NCBI GenBank assembly: GCA_044229145.1
Contig: JBGATO010000018.1
Coordinates: forward strand, 1-62,508
Direction: 5' to 3'
Length of the DNA stretch: 62,508 nucleotides
From: Candidatus Eiseniibacteriota bacterium
GTDB taxonomy: Bacteria; Eisenbacteria; RBG-16-71-46; CAZEPH01
In this document: piece by piece, positions 1 through 9,934 of the stretch
How positions within the stretch are numbered: position 1 is the first letter of the stretch
How the letters are laid out: each line of letters begins with the position of its first letter
Translations under genes and position numbers: made by a program
The notes under the pieces: generated by a model
Told to the model about the DNA's origin: nothing
Database searches by the model: none
The model's input: the letters and a program-made list of their open reading frames with translations, nothing else

Positions 1-411
1 GCCTCAGGCGTTACGCCCAACGAGATCGGGATCTTCGTGCGATCCGAAGCCCAGATGTCTCGTGCCGTGGCGGCAGCAAAGGCGTGCGACCTCCCAGCCG
101 TCGTTCTCGACGACGGACTCCAGGTCATGGCCGGCAAGGCGTCGATCTGTTCGATGCACCTCGCCAAGGGGCTTGAGTTCCGAACCGTGGTCGTGATGGC
201 GTGCGACGACGACGTCATTCCACTCAGGGCACGCATCGAACAGGCGGGAGACGACGTAGACCTCGAAGAGATCTACAACACAGAACGGCATCTGCTGTAC
301 GTTGCCTGCACCCGAGCCCGCGACCACCTTCTCGTGGTGGGGGTGGATCCGGTATCCGAGTTCTTGGACGATCTCGAGACGGCTCCACAACCCGATTCGG
401 ATTCTCGGTAG
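1..411 (+). CDS. SF1 (UvrD/Rep-like) helicase, C-terminal part, truncated by window edge
   Basis: Frame is open from base 1; motifs SMHLAKGLEF (motif V) and ERHLLYVACTRAR (motif VI). Confidence 0.85.
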   Translation, partial: ASGVTPNEIGIFVRSEAQMSRAVAAAKACDLPAVVLDDGLQVMAGKASICSMHLAKGLEFRTVVVMACDDDVIPLRARIEQAGDDVDLEEIYNTERHLLYVACTRARDHLLVVGVDPVSEFLDDLETAPQPDSDSR

Positions 412-435
412 AGGAAGACCAGCGAGGAACGCCCA

Positions 436-849
436 ATGTTCGCGGGTATCTACGCCCTCATTCGCCTCGTGTTCTTCCTTCTCGAAGGCCTCGCTATTCT
501 CGTCGGTTGGGCGGGATCGTTGCTTGGGATTGCGATCATGGCAATTGCCGCTTCAAGATCAGAGACCACTCCATCGAGCGGCGGTACTTCGTCGTCGATC
601 GCGACAGTTGCACCTCCTTCGTCGGTCACCCCTGAGGAGGTGCGAGCGGTCAAGTTGACCGAGATCGCGGTTCGCGCCAGGAAATACAACTACCAAGAGG
701 GGAAGATCTGGCTCACGCCAAACATCGCAAGGCGCATCAATATCGACTACCTGCCGGAGGGCTACGGGCCGATCCAACTAGCCGCCGATGAGAAGAAGTA
801 TCGTGCCGTTGCCCACATGCTCAACTGGATCGCAGACAACAGAGCATAA
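436..849 (+). CDS. hypothetical membrane-anchored protein
   Basis: ATG with upstream GAGG; hydrophobic N-terminus, S/T-rich linker, small C-terminal domain. Confidence 0.55.
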   Translation: MFAGIYALIRLVFFLLEGLAILVGWAGSLLGIAIMAIAASRSETTPSSGGTSSSIATVAPPSSVTPEEVRAVKLTEIAVRARKYNYQEGKIWLTPNIARRINIDYLPEGYGPIQLAADEKKYRAVAHMLNWIADNRA

Positions 850-937
850 GGCGCTGCGGCGGAGCATCCGAGGACGTGTAGCCATCGCAGGGATGCCCCC
901 GACTGATGTCCCTTCCTCGATTGGCCGACGCGGCGTC

Positions 938-1273
938 CTACACCCAGCCGACACGAGTGAGGGCATCAATGAACTCGGGGCGCAAGACGAGAACCCACTC
1001 CTTGTTTGTCACGGAGGTCGGAGGCAAGAACTCCATGAGGAGACCGATACGGTCCTCTGGGCGATTCAGAACCGCGCCAAGCTTCGCGGCAAGCGCACCG
1101 TATGCGGCATTCACTCCGCGATGGTCTGTGTATCCCACAAGCCTTCCCAGCGCCGTGGCCGTCGTGGCTTTGCCTTTGAGTCCGACGTGTATGCGCAGAA
1201 GCTTGAGCCATCGCTCCTGTGGGGTGATCTGCTGAAGTGCTCGTGCAAACTGGGCCGCGCTTGGTGAGTTCAT
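938..1273 (-). CDS. hypothetical protein, resembling a domain seen N-terminal to some HNH endonucleases
   Basis: Pattern TATALGRLVGY...VNAAYGALA...WVLVLRPEFIDAL..VGW, recognised from memory; start chosen at ATG 1273. Confidence 0.5.
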   Translation of the reverse strand: MNSPSAAQFARALQQITPQERWLKLLRIHVGLKGKATTATALGRLVGYTDHRGVNAAYGALAAKLGAVLNRPEDRIGLLMEFLPPTSVTNKEWVLVLRPEFIDALTRVGWV

Positions 1274-1439
1274 TTTCAGATCCTCAGATGAGTATCCTCG
1301 CCGATCCGTCCTCGACGTCAGTGCAGACAAGGCGCAATCTGAATCTTTCCACGCGGAGACGTTGAGAACTCCCCAGCGCTCGGCAATGGAGCCAAGAACG
1401 GGCGCCGCCAGCCATAGGCTTCACTCTCTTGGAGGCGCC

Positions 1440-1643
1440 CTACCGCGCGCGCCCCAGCCGTCCGCCGCGCGCCAGGCCGAGCACCAGCGCCGAGATCCCG
1501 GCGCCGGCGCACACGCCGCGCACCAAGGCGAGATGCCCGCCGAACAACGTCGGCCGCGCCGCGAGCAACGCGCAGAACGCGATCGTCAAGGACAGCCCGC
1601 CCCACACGAATGCATCGGGGGCGATCACCGAACGCTTCTTCAC
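1440..1643 (-). CDS. small two-TM membrane protein
   Basis: GTG start overlaps the valS stop (GTGA); two hydrophobic segments. Confidence 0.45.
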   Translation of the reverse strand: MKKRSVIAPDAFVWGGLSLTIAFCALLAARPTLFGGHLALVRGVCAGAGISALVLGLARGGRLGRAR

Positions 1644-4231
1644 TGCGCCACCTCCTTCGCCGGCTCCGGCGTCACGCGCACGGTGAGTGCGCCCTCGGCG
1701 AGCACGTCGTCGCCGCTCAAACCGCTCCCCGCGCGCACGGACGTGGCGCGGCAAGTATTCGCGAGGTCCGCGATCAGTCGCGTCGCCGCCGCGGGATCGA
1801 AAGAGAGGCCGTCGACTTCGACGCTCGTCACCGCGGCGCCCATCGACATCTTGCGTTCGCTCTTGAAGCGGCGCACCAGTTGCAACGCGGCGATCGCCTC
1901 GTCACCGGCGCGGCGCGCGGCCTCGTCGGCGGGGAAATCGTCGGGGCTCGGGTAGCGCGCAACGTGAATCGACGTCACGCGATCGCCCGGCAGCGCGAGG
2001 TGGTCGTACAACTCCTCGGTGATGTGCGGCACGAACGGCGCGAACAGCTTGAACACACCGATCAGCAGTTCGTACAACGTGGCGCGCGCCGACAGACAGC
2101 CCGCGAGATCCTCGGCCGACGGTGTCCACTCCGGCGCCGGCGACTCCGGAGCCTGGGCCGCCGGCGGACGCGGCGGCATCCCCGCGTACAACCGTCCCTT
2201 GATCAATTCGAGATAGTTGTCGCACAAGACGCCCCAGAACCACGTCTCGATCTCCAGCCGCGCGTGGAAGAAGTCGTGCGCGTCGAAGTATTGCCGCACG
2301 CGGCCGGTCAGCGCGCGGAACGAGTCGAGCGCCCACGCGTCGAACGGCCACCGTTCCGCCGGCGCCGCGCCGTCGTATGGCTCCAGGTGCGGCAGCGCGA
2401 ACTGCGTCGCGTTGTACATCTTGGTGAGCAGGCGCTTGCCCTGGTTCATCTCCTTGAGGTCGTACGCCAAGTCGGTGCCGAGATTCGCGCCCGCCGTCCA
2501 GTAGCGCACCGCGTCCGCCGACCACTCCTCGATGAGATCCATCGGTGTCGCGACGCTGCCGTCCTGCATCTTCGACTTCGAGATCTTTTCGAGTTTCGAC
2601 TTGGCGGCGCCTTGGCCTTGCTGGCGGCGCGACGGTTCATCGGCGCTGCGCTGCTTGACGTGGCCGGAGATCACCGCGTCGGTCCACGGAATGTCGCCGT
2701 GGTGATAGAACGACTTGACGATCGTGTAGAACGCCCACGTGCGGATGATGTCGTGCGCTTGCGGCCGGATCGTCATCGGCATGAGCGTCGCGCTGCGGTC
2801 GTCGGGTTCGCCCCACCACGCGTTGATTTGCGGCGTGCACGAGGACGTCGCCCAGGTGTCGAGCACGTCGCGGTCGGGCGTGAACTCGGTGGAGCCGCAG
2901 TCGTGACACGGCGCGAGCGGCTTGTCGACGAGCGGGTTCACCGGCAACTGCGACTCCGCCGCGGGCAGCGTCGCGTTGCACTGCGCGCAGTACCACACCG
3001 GAATCGGCACGCCGTAGTGGCGCTGGCGCGACACGCACCAGTCCCACGACAAGTTCTCGACCCAGTTCTCGTAGCGCCCGCGCATGTAATCGGGGAACCA
3101 CTTCACCTTGGCGCCCATCGCCAGCAGGTCGTGCTTGTGGTCGAGGACGTTGATGAACCACTGATCGGTGATCGCGAACTCGACCGGCGACTGGCAGCGC
3201 TCGTGCACCTTCACCGCGTGCACCAGCGGCTCGCGCTTGAGCATCTCGCCGTTGGCCTCGAGGATCTCCGCGACCTTGGCGCGCGCGTCCTTGATCTTGA
3301 GACCGTTGAGCGCATCGCCCGACTCGCGCAAGCGGCCGTCGAGCGTGAAGGTGCCGCGGTACGGCAGGTTGAACTGACGCCACCACTCGATGTCGGTCTG
3401 ATCGCCGAAGGTGCAGCACATGACGATGCCGGTGCCCTTCTCGGGATCGACCCGCGCGTCGGCGAGCACCGGGACTTCGTGTTCGCTGTACGGCACGCGC
3501 GCCATCTTGCCGGTGAGGTGGGTGTAGCGCGCGTCGTCGGGGTGGTGAATCAGCGCGACGCACGCCGGCAGCAGCTCGGGGCGCGTGGTCGCGATGACGA
3601 TGTCGGCACCGGACTCGATTTCGCGGAACCGCACCCAGTTCCAGTGCGACGGCAGCTCCTTGTCCTCGAGGTCGGCCTGCGCGAGCGCGGTGCCGCAGAC
3701 GCTGCACCACAGCATCGGCAACCGCGCGCGGTGCAGGTGGCCTTTCGCCAGCAAATCGAGGAACGAACGCTGCGAGATGCGGCGGCTGCGCGCGTCGATG
3801 GTGCGGTAGCACTGCGTCCAGTCGGCGCTCAGGCCGAGCGTGCGCCACAGCGCTTCGTACTGCTTCTCCGCCTCGACGACCGTCGTCTCGCACAGCGCGA
3901 TGAACTCCTCGCGCGACATTTGCCGCGCGCTGACGCCGTGCACCTTCTCGACGTAGCGCTCGGTGGGCAGTCCGTTGTCGTCGAAGCCGAACGGGTAGAA
4001 CACGTTGGCGCCGCGCATGCGGTGGTAGCGGACGAGGATCTCGGCCTGCGTGTACGAGTAGACGTGCCCGATGTGGATGACGCCGCTCACCGTCGGCGGC
4101 GGCGTGTCGATGGCGAACCGCTCGCCCGGAGCGGCCGGGTCGTAGCGGTAGATGCCGGCGGCTTCCCACGCGTCCTGCCACTTCTTCTCGACTTCGCGGG
4201 CAGGGTAGTGCTTCGGCAAGGCGGTGGGCAT
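1640..4231 (-). CDS. valS: valine--tRNA ligase, archaeal-like (type 2)
   Basis: IDTPPPTVSG..HIGH, GFDDNGLPTE, ATTRPELL, WCVSRQRHYGVPIPVW, DVLDTWATSS, RPQAHDIIRTW; KISKS variant of KMSKS; GGAGG RBS. Confidence 0.95.
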   Translation of the reverse strand: MPTALPKHYPAREVEKKWQDAWEAAGIYRYDPAAPGERFAIDTPPPTVSGVIHIGHVYSYTQAEILVRYHRMRGANVFYPFGFDDNGLPTERYVEKVHGVSARQMSREEFIALCETTVVEAEKQYEALWRTLGLSADWTQCYRTIDARSRRISQRSFLDLLAKGHLHRARLPMLWCSVCGTALAQADLEDKELPSHWNWVRFREIESGADIVIATTRPELLPACVALIHHPDDARYTHLTGKMARVPYSEHEVPVLADARVDPEKGTGIVMCCTFGDQTDIEWWRQFNLPYRGTFTLDGRLRESGDALNGLKIKDARAKVAEILEANGEMLKREPLVHAVKVHERCQSPVEFAITDQWFINVLDHKHDLLAMGAKVKWFPDYMRGRYENWVENLSWDWCVSRQRHYGVPIPVWYCAQCNATLPAAESQLPVNPLVDKPLAPCHDCGSTEFTPDRDVLDTWATSSCTPQINAWWGEPDDRSATLMPMTIRPQAHDIIRTWAFYTIVKSFYHHGDIPWTDAVISGHVKQRSADEPSRRQQGQGAAKSKLEKISKSKMQDGSVATPMDLIEEWSADAVRYWTAGANLGTDLAYDLKEMNQGKRLLTKMYNATQFALPHLEPYDGAAPAERWPFDAWALDSFRALTGRVRQYFDAHDFFHARLEIETWFWGVLCDNYLELIKGRLYAGMPPRPPAAQAPESPAPEWTPSAEDLAGCLSARATLYELLIGVFKLFAPFVPHITEELYDHLALPGDRVTSIHVARYPSPDDFPADEAARRAGDEAIAALQLVRRFKSERKMSMGAAVTSVEVDGLSFDPAAATRLIADLANTCRATSVRAGSGLSGDDVLAEGALTVRVTPEPAKEVAQ

Positions 4232-4340
4232 GGCGGGACGATCCTCCTTCGACGACCAAACGGGTACCGGCACGACGGTGGAACCGGAAGTCTCGCAGCG
4301 TACAAGGACGCCGGGCAGGGTGTCGAGGGCCGGGGGCGGG

Positions 4341-6194
4341 CTAGCGGACGAACACGACGCGCACCGCGCCATGCGGCGCCAGGCGAGCCCAGTAGACGCC
4401 GGCGGGCATGGTCGCGCCGGCATCGCTGGTGCCGTCCCACACGGCGTGGCGGGTGCCGCGGGCGAGCGGCAGGTGGCGCACCGCGCGGCCGGTCGCATCC
4501 AGCACGACGAGCGTCGCGCGCGCGGGGAGCGGCGCGAGGTCGAAGGCAACGTGACCGCGCGCCGGCGACACCAGCCGCAGCGCACCCGTGTGGCCGACTG
4601 GCGCGTCGACGCGGGTCGCCCCGCCGCTCGCCAAGTCGATGTAGTACGCGTGCGCGGCGTCGATCTCGGCGTAGGCGCGCACCGAATCGGCGCTCGACGG
4701 CCAGCTGTGATTGAGGTCGAGCACGGTGCGCATGCCGTCGCACCACGAGGCGAAGTACGACGCATCCGCCGGCACCAGCACCGGCGAGCCGCCCACCGTC
4801 ACGTATGCCGCGCCGGTGTGGGCGAACAGCGAGTCGCCCGGCGTGCGGACGCTCGGCACGCGGCCGGTGACCCGCGCGGCGATCCACGACGACACCGGGA
4901 CGTCGATGGTCACCGTGGTGTCCACCGTCGTCGTCCCCGCCGGCAGAGCGATCGCCCGCGCCACCGCCCCGTTCGCCACGAGGTCGAGCCGCGCCAGCGG
5001 GTCGAGAGACCGAACCGTTACGTGCACCTGCACAATACCAGGCGACGCCAGCGCAACGCTGTCGCCCGCCGGAGCGCCGGCGACGCGGAAGTCGGTGAAC
5101 AGCGGCCCGTTCGTCACGAAGCAGCGACCGCGCTTCAACTGCGCGCGCCACGTCGCGAAGTCGAATGGCTGGCCGTCGAGCCCGACCACCACCTGCCAGC
5201 CGCCGAGCGGCGGATCGGTGTAGCGGTTCATCGCCGCGTCGGTGCCGGCCGACGGCGCGAGGCGGAAGCCGCAGCCGAGCGCGTGATACCACGTCGACAG
5301 GTCGATTCCGTGCCCTGCGTAGTTGCTGTACGAGGCGATGTCGATGGCGTCGATCCGCCCGCGGTACAAGTCCGCCGGCAACTCGCGCGCGATGCCGCTG
5401 CCCGGCCAGCCGCCGGTGATGTAGAACCAGCCGTCGGTGAGCGGATGCGCGGCGATGGTGAGGGCGCCCTGCGCGTGCGCCGAGTCGGCGAGGTCCATCA
5501 GCATCGGCCAGTACGGTTCGCCGCTCACCGGCTGCACGAGGCGCGACAGGCCGAGCATGCTGACGTGGCCGTAGACCCAGGCGCGGTTCTCTTCGCCCAT
5601 CGACACGATGCAGTCGGACGTGCTGGCGGGGTCGTCGGCGCCGGTGAAATACCAGGCGTTGTCGAGGCAGCTCACGACGTTGAGCCCTTCGCCCTGGCCC
5701 ATCCACCAGGCATCGGCGGGGGTGACCAGGAAATCGCCGCCGCCGTGGTCGAGGTGCACGTGAGTGTCGCCGGTCCACAGGCTGAGCGCGGGCAGGTCGA
5801 TCCAGCGCGCCATCGTCATCGTGTGCGAGGTGGCGGTGGTGACCGTCAGCGTGTCGGCGTGCGGGCGATACGCCAGCCCGCGGCGCGCGGTGATGATGAC
5901 GCGGCCCGGCGGCACCAGCACGGTGCAGGTGCCGCGGCAGTAGAAGAAGCCGAGGATCGTCGCGTGGTAGAAGGCGAGCGGGTCGGACGGCCAGCGGGGT
6001 TTTGCGGCGTCGTCGAGGACGCTGAGGCGGACGCCGAGCGGCGCGCCGGTGGCGCTGTCGGCGAGGGTGATGGTGAGCGGAACCAGCGTTTCGGGTAAGG
6101 CGGCGGCGCGCGCGGTCGCGACGCCGAGGGCGGAACACAGCCCGGCGCCGAGAACGCACAGCGTGATGAGCAACAGCGAGAGGCGCCGAATCAC
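4341..6194 (-). CDS. secreted CehA/McbA-family (PHP-like) metallohydrolase with C-terminal FlgD/T9SS-like domain
   Basis: Signal peptide; GDTHVH, GEE, GH, AHP, AGTDA, GRCFVTNGP motifs; C-terminus WDGTSDAG..PAGVYWARL; start inferred at GTG 6194. Confidence 0.8.
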   Translation of the reverse strand: MIRRLSLLLITLCVLGAGLCSALGVATARAAALPETLVPLTITLADSATGAPLGVRLSVLDDAAKPRWPSDPLAFYHATILGFFYCRGTCTVLVPPGRVIITARRGLAYRPHADTLTVTTATSHTMTMARWIDLPALSLWTGDTHVHLDHGGGDFLVTPADAWWMGQGEGLNVVSCLDNAWYFTGADDPASTSDCIVSMGEENRAWVYGHVSMLGLSRLVQPVSGEPYWPMLMDLADSAHAQGALTIAAHPLTDGWFYITGGWPGSGIARELPADLYRGRIDAIDIASYSNYAGHGIDLSTWYHALGCGFRLAPSAGTDAAMNRYTDPPLGGWQVVVGLDGQPFDFATWRAQLKRGRCFVTNGPLFTDFRVAGAPAGDSVALASPGIVQVHVTVRSLDPLARLDLVANGAVARAIALPAGTTTVDTTVTIDVPVSSWIAARVTGRVPSVRTPGDSLFAHTGAAYVTVGGSPVLVPADASYFASWCDGMRTVLDLNHSWPSSADSVRAYAEIDAAHAYYIDLASGGATRVDAPVGHTGALRLVSPARGHVAFDLAPLPARATLVVLDATGRAVRHLPLARGTRHAVWDGTSDAGATMPAGVYWARLAPHGAVRVVFVR

Positions 6195-6293
6195 GCTTGG
6201 CAGGATACTTTGGTCTACTGACCGCGTCCAGTGCAGGCCGGTGGCCGCGCGGCGCCGGTGGCCGGACCCGCATCCGCGTGTTACGGTTCCGCC

Positions 6294-6830
6294 ATGCGAC
6301 TCGAATCCCTCTTCGAAGGTCTGCTGTGGCGCGGACGGCTCATCGTCCTCATCGCGGTGTTCGGCAGCCTGGTGGCCAGCGTCGGCGTGTTCTGCGTCGC
6401 GTCGGTGGACGCGGCCGGGTTGGCGTCGCAGGTGGCCGACTACATGCTCCACGGCGGCGGCGGACACGATCACGGTGTGGCGCGCGCGGCCATCACCGCG
6501 AACGTCGTCGAGATCGTCGACGGCTATTTGCTCGGCACCATCCTGCTCATCTTCGCGCTCGGGCTGTACGAACTGTTCATCAGCCGCATCGAGGCGGCGG
6601 AAGGTTCGGAGTTTGCCGAGCGCGTGCTGCTCATCCGCAGCCTCGACGACCTCAAGGACCGGCTTGCCAAAGTCGTGTTGCTGATCTTGGTCGTGAAATT
6701 CTTCGAGCACGCGATCCAGATCGATGTGGCATCGATGCGCGAGTTGCTCGAGATGGCGGTGTCGATCTGCCTGATCGCCGGCGCGTTGCGCTTGGCGCAC
6801 GGCGCGCACGGGGCGAAGCACACGGCATGA
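6294..6830 (+). CDS. YqhA/UPF0114 family membrane protein
   Basis: VEIVDGYLLG..LLIFALGLYELFIS and IRSLDDLKDRLAKVV motifs. Confidence 0.85.
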   Translation: MRLESLFEGLLWRGRLIVLIAVFGSLVASVGVFCVASVDAAGLASQVADYMLHGGGGHDHGVARAAITANVVEIVDGYLLGTILLIFALGLYELFISRIEAAEGSEFAERVLLIRSLDDLKDRLAKVVLLILVVKFFEHAIQIDVASMRELLEMAVSICLIAGALRLAHGAHGAKHTA

Positions 6831-7777
6831 CGGCGGCGCCGGAGCGGTTGCGCGTCGTCGACTCGCATACCGGCGGCGAACCGACGCGCGTGGTGCTCGA
6901 AGGCGGACCGTCGTTCGGCGACGGCCCGCTGGCCGAACGGCGCGCGTGCTTCCAGCGCGACTTCGATCGCTATCGCTCCGCGCTGTGCAATGAACCGCGC
7001 GGCTCGGACCCGATGGTCGGCGCGTGGCTGGTGCCGCCGCACGCGCCGGAGTGTGTCGCCGGCGTCTTGTTCGTCAACAACGTCGGCTACCTCGGCATGT
7101 GCGGGCACGGCACGATCGGCGTGGTGGCGACGCTGGCGTGGCTTGGGCGCATCGCGCCTGGCGTGCACCGGCTCGACACGCCGGTGGGCGTCGTGGAAGC
7201 CACACTGGACGATGACGGACGCGTCAGCGTGGCGAACGTGGAATCGTATCGCGCGGCCGCCGAGGTGGCCGTGCATGTCGACGGCCTTGGCGAGGTGCGC
7301 GGCGATGTCGCGTGGGGCGGCAACTGGTTCTTCCTCGTGCGTTCGCCGTCGGTGGCGCTGGCGGTGGAGCGTGCCGCCGAGTTGAGCGCCGTGACGTTGC
7401 GCATCCGCGCCGCGCTCGCCGCCGCGGGCATCACCGGCGACGACGGTGGCGAGATCGACCACATCGAACTCTTCGGACCGCCGAGTGATCCCGCGCGCGC
7501 CGACAGCCGCAATTTCGTCATGTGTCCGGGCGGCGCGTACGATCGTTCGCCGTGCGGCACCGGCACCAGCGCCAAGCTGGCGTGCTTGTTCGCCGACGGG
7601 CGGTTGCGCGCGGGTGAGGTGTATCGCCAGGAGAGCATCGTCGGCAGCGTGTTCGACGGGTGGATTGCGCCGTCCGCGCGCGGGGTGCGGCCGACGATTC
7701 GCGGTAGCGCGTTCGTGACCGGCGAGACAACGCTGGTGCTCGACCCGCGCGATCCACTGTGCTGGGGGATTCGCTGA
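6827..7777 (+). CDS. 4-hydroxyproline 2-epimerase (proline racemase family)
   Basis: DSHTGGEPTR, EPRG, catalytic MCGHG and DRSPCGTGT; operon context. Confidence 0.92.
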   Translation: MTAAPERLRVVDSHTGGEPTRVVLEGGPSFGDGPLAERRACFQRDFDRYRSALCNEPRGSDPMVGAWLVPPHAPECVAGVLFVNNVGYLGMCGHGTIGVVATLAWLGRIAPGVHRLDTPVGVVEATLDDDGRVSVANVESYRAAAEVAVHVDGLGEVRGDVAWGGNWFFLVRSPSVALAVERAAELSAVTLRIRAALAAAGITGDDGGEIDHIELFGPPSDPARADSRNFVMCPGGAYDRSPCGTGTSAKLACLFADGRLRAGEVYRQESIVGSVFDGWIAPSARGVRPTIRGSAFVTGETTLVLDPRDPLCWGIR

Positions 7778-9027
7778 GCGCGCACGTCGTGGTGGTGGGC
7801 GGCGGCGCGGTCGGTCTGTGCGTCGCGGGAGAGGCGGCGGCGCGCGGCTTCCGCGTCACGGTGCTCGATCGCGCCCCGGCAGACGCGCGCGATGGCTGCT
7901 CGTACGGCAACGCCGGCATGATCGTCCCGAGTCACATCGTCCCGCTCGCGGCGCCCGGCGTGGTGAGCCAGGCGATTCGCTGGATGGCGGACCCGGCGAG
8001 TCCGCTCGCGGTGAAACCGCGGCTCGAGCGTGACTTCCTCGCGTGGAGTTGGCGCTTCGTGCGCAGCGCGACGGCGGAGCACGTACGCCGCGCGGCGCCG
8101 CTGTTGCGCGACCTGCATCTCGCCAGCCGTGCCTTGTATGAACGCATCGCCGGCGATCACGACATCGGATTCGCGCCGCGCGGATTGCTGATGCTGTGCG
8201 CGACGCGCGAAGGACTCGCGGCCGCGCGCCACGAGGCGGAGCTCGCGCGCCAGCTCGGCGTACCGGCCGAAGAGTTCGACGGCGCGGAGGTCGCGCGCTA
8301 CGAGCCGGCACTCGCCGTGCGCTGCGCCGGCGGCGTGTTCTATCCGCGCGATGCCTGGCTGGCGCCGGGGGCGATGATGACGGGGCTGCGTGCCCGCGCG
8401 ACGGCGCGTGGCGTGACGATGCGCGATGGCGTCGACGTGCAGGCGCTGCGCGTCGAGGGCGGCGTCATCCGCGCGGTCCACACCAGCGCGGGCGACATCG
8501 ATGCGGATCACGTCGTGCTCGCCGCCGGCGTGTGGAGCGACGCGCTCGCGCGCACCGCCGGCGTCCGCTTGCCATTGCAGGCCGGCAAAGGCTACAGCGT
8601 GACCTGCGATCCGGCGCCGGCGCGGCTCAGCGTGTGCGCGATCTTGAGTGAGGCGCGTGTCGCGGTGACGCCGATGGGCAGTGCGTTGCGCGTCGGCGGC
8701 ACGATGGAACTCGCGGGACTCGACCCGCGCATCGATCCGCGACGCGTCGACGCCATCCTCCGCGCGCTGCCTCGCTACTATCCGTCGCTCGATCCTGCAG
8801 CCTTCGCGCGCATCGCGCCGTGGGCCGGCTTCCGTCCGTGTTCGCCCGACGGCCTGCCGTACATCGGCCGTACGCGGCACGCCACGAATCTGCTGATCGC
8901 CACCGGACACGCGATGATGGGCATCAGCCTCGCGCCGGTCACCGGCGCGCTGATCGCCGATCTGCTCGAAGACCGCCAGCCGGCGCTCGACCTTGCGCTG
9001 CTCGCCCCTGACCGCTTCGCCGCATAG
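7759..9027 (+). CDS. FAD-dependent D-amino acid dehydrogenase (probable D-hydroxyproline dehydrogenase)
   Basis: VVGGGAVG, SYGNAG, KGYS, WAGFRPCSPDGLPYIG, ATGHAMMGISLAP. Confidence 0.88.
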   Translation: MLGDSLSAHVVVVGGGAVGLCVAGEAAARGFRVTVLDRAPADARDGCSYGNAGMIVPSHIVPLAAPGVVSQAIRWMADPASPLAVKPRLERDFLAWSWRFVRSATAEHVRRAAPLLRDLHLASRALYERIAGDHDIGFAPRGLLMLCATREGLAAARHEAELARQLGVPAEEFDGAEVARYEPALAVRCAGGVFYPRDAWLAPGAMMTGLRARATARGVTMRDGVDVQALRVEGGVIRAVHTSAGDIDADHVVLAAGVWSDALARTAGVRLPLQAGKGYSVTCDPAPARLSVCAILSEARVAVTPMGSALRVGGTMELAGLDPRIDPRRVDAILRALPRYYPSLDPAAFARIAPWAGFRPCSPDGLPYIGRTRHATNLLIATGHAMMGISLAPVTGALIADLLEDRQPALDLALLAPDRFAA

Positions 9028-9040
9028 AAAGGACTCTCGC

Positions 9041-9934
9041 ATGCAGTGGCATGGCGTGATGCCTGCGATCACCACCGAATTCACCGACTCGCTCGCCGTC
9101 GATCACGCGTTCGTCGCCGCGCACGTGCGCTGGCTTCTCGACGCCGGCTGCACCGGCATCGTGCCGCTCGGCTCGCTGGGCGAAGGCGCGACGCTGACCT
9201 TCGATGAGAAGGTGGCGATCCTGCGCACCTGCGTCGCGGCGGCGGACGGGCGCGCTCCTGTGGTGGCGGGCGTGTCCGCGCTCTCCACGGCGGAGGCAGT
9301 GGCGCTCGCGCGTGCGGCCGCCGATGCCGGGTGCGAAGGCCTGATGGTGCTGCCGCCGTACGTCTACTCGACCGACTGGCGCGAGATGCGCGCCCACGTC
9401 GAGGCGGTGATCGCGGCGACGCCGCTCTCGTGCATGCTGTACAACAATCCGCTCGCGTATCGCACCGACTTCACGTCCGAGCAGATTGCCGCGCTCGCGG
9501 CGGTGCATGCCAACCTGCACGCGGTCAAGGAATCGAGCGCCGACATTCGCCGCTTGACCGCTCTGCGCGCGCTGTGCGGCGACCGGCTCGCGCTGTTCGT
9601 CGGCGTCGATGATCTCATCGTCGAAGGCATCGCCGCCGGCGCGACCGGGTGGATTGCCGGGCTGGTGAACGCGCTGCCGCACGAATCGGTGGCGCTGTTC
9701 GATGCGGCGCGGCGCGGTGCGGATACACGCGCGTTGTACGAGTGGTTCCTGCCGCTCCTGCGGCTGGACACGGTGCCGAAGTTCGTGCAGTTGATCAAAC
9801 TGGTGCAAGCCGAATGGGGGCGCGGCAGCGAGCGTGTGCGTCCGCCGCGCCTGACGTTGGTCGGCGAGGAACGCGACGCGGCGCTCGCGGTGATCCGCGC
9901 CGCGCGCGCCACGCAGCCGGCGGTGACGCGATGA
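9041..9934 (+). CDS. DapA-family protein, probable 1-pyrroline-4-hydroxy-2-carboxylate deaminase
   Basis: GSLGE, LYNNP, AVKESS, GVDD, GWIAGLVNA; operon context. Confidence 0.88.
   Translation: MQWHGVMPAITTEFTDSLAVDHAFVAAHVRWLLDAGCTGIVPLGSLGEGATLTFDEKVAILRTCVAAADGRAPVVAGVSALSTAEAVALARAAADAGCEGLMVLPPYVYSTDWREMRAHVEAVIAATPLSCMLYNNPLAYRTDFTSEQIAALAAVHANLHAVKESSADIRRLTALRALCGDRLALFVGVDDLIVEGIAAGATGWIAGLVNALPHESVALFDAARRGADTRALYEWFLPLLRLDTVPKFVQLIKLVQAEWGRGSERVRPPRLTLVGEERDAALAVIRAARATQPAVTR

Noticed and set aside
4232..4340. T-box leader upstream of valS
   Set aside because: Only about 110 nt are available, and no T-box consensus or terminator is visible.
1610..4714. 1034-aa + strand ORF and other long antisense or alternate-frame ORFs (e.g. 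15643-18987, 22136-25042, 36749-39793, 50967-53465)
   Set aside because: Shadow ORFs of GC-rich genes: Arg/Ala/His-rich, no recognisable motifs, and fully overlapping well-supported genes.
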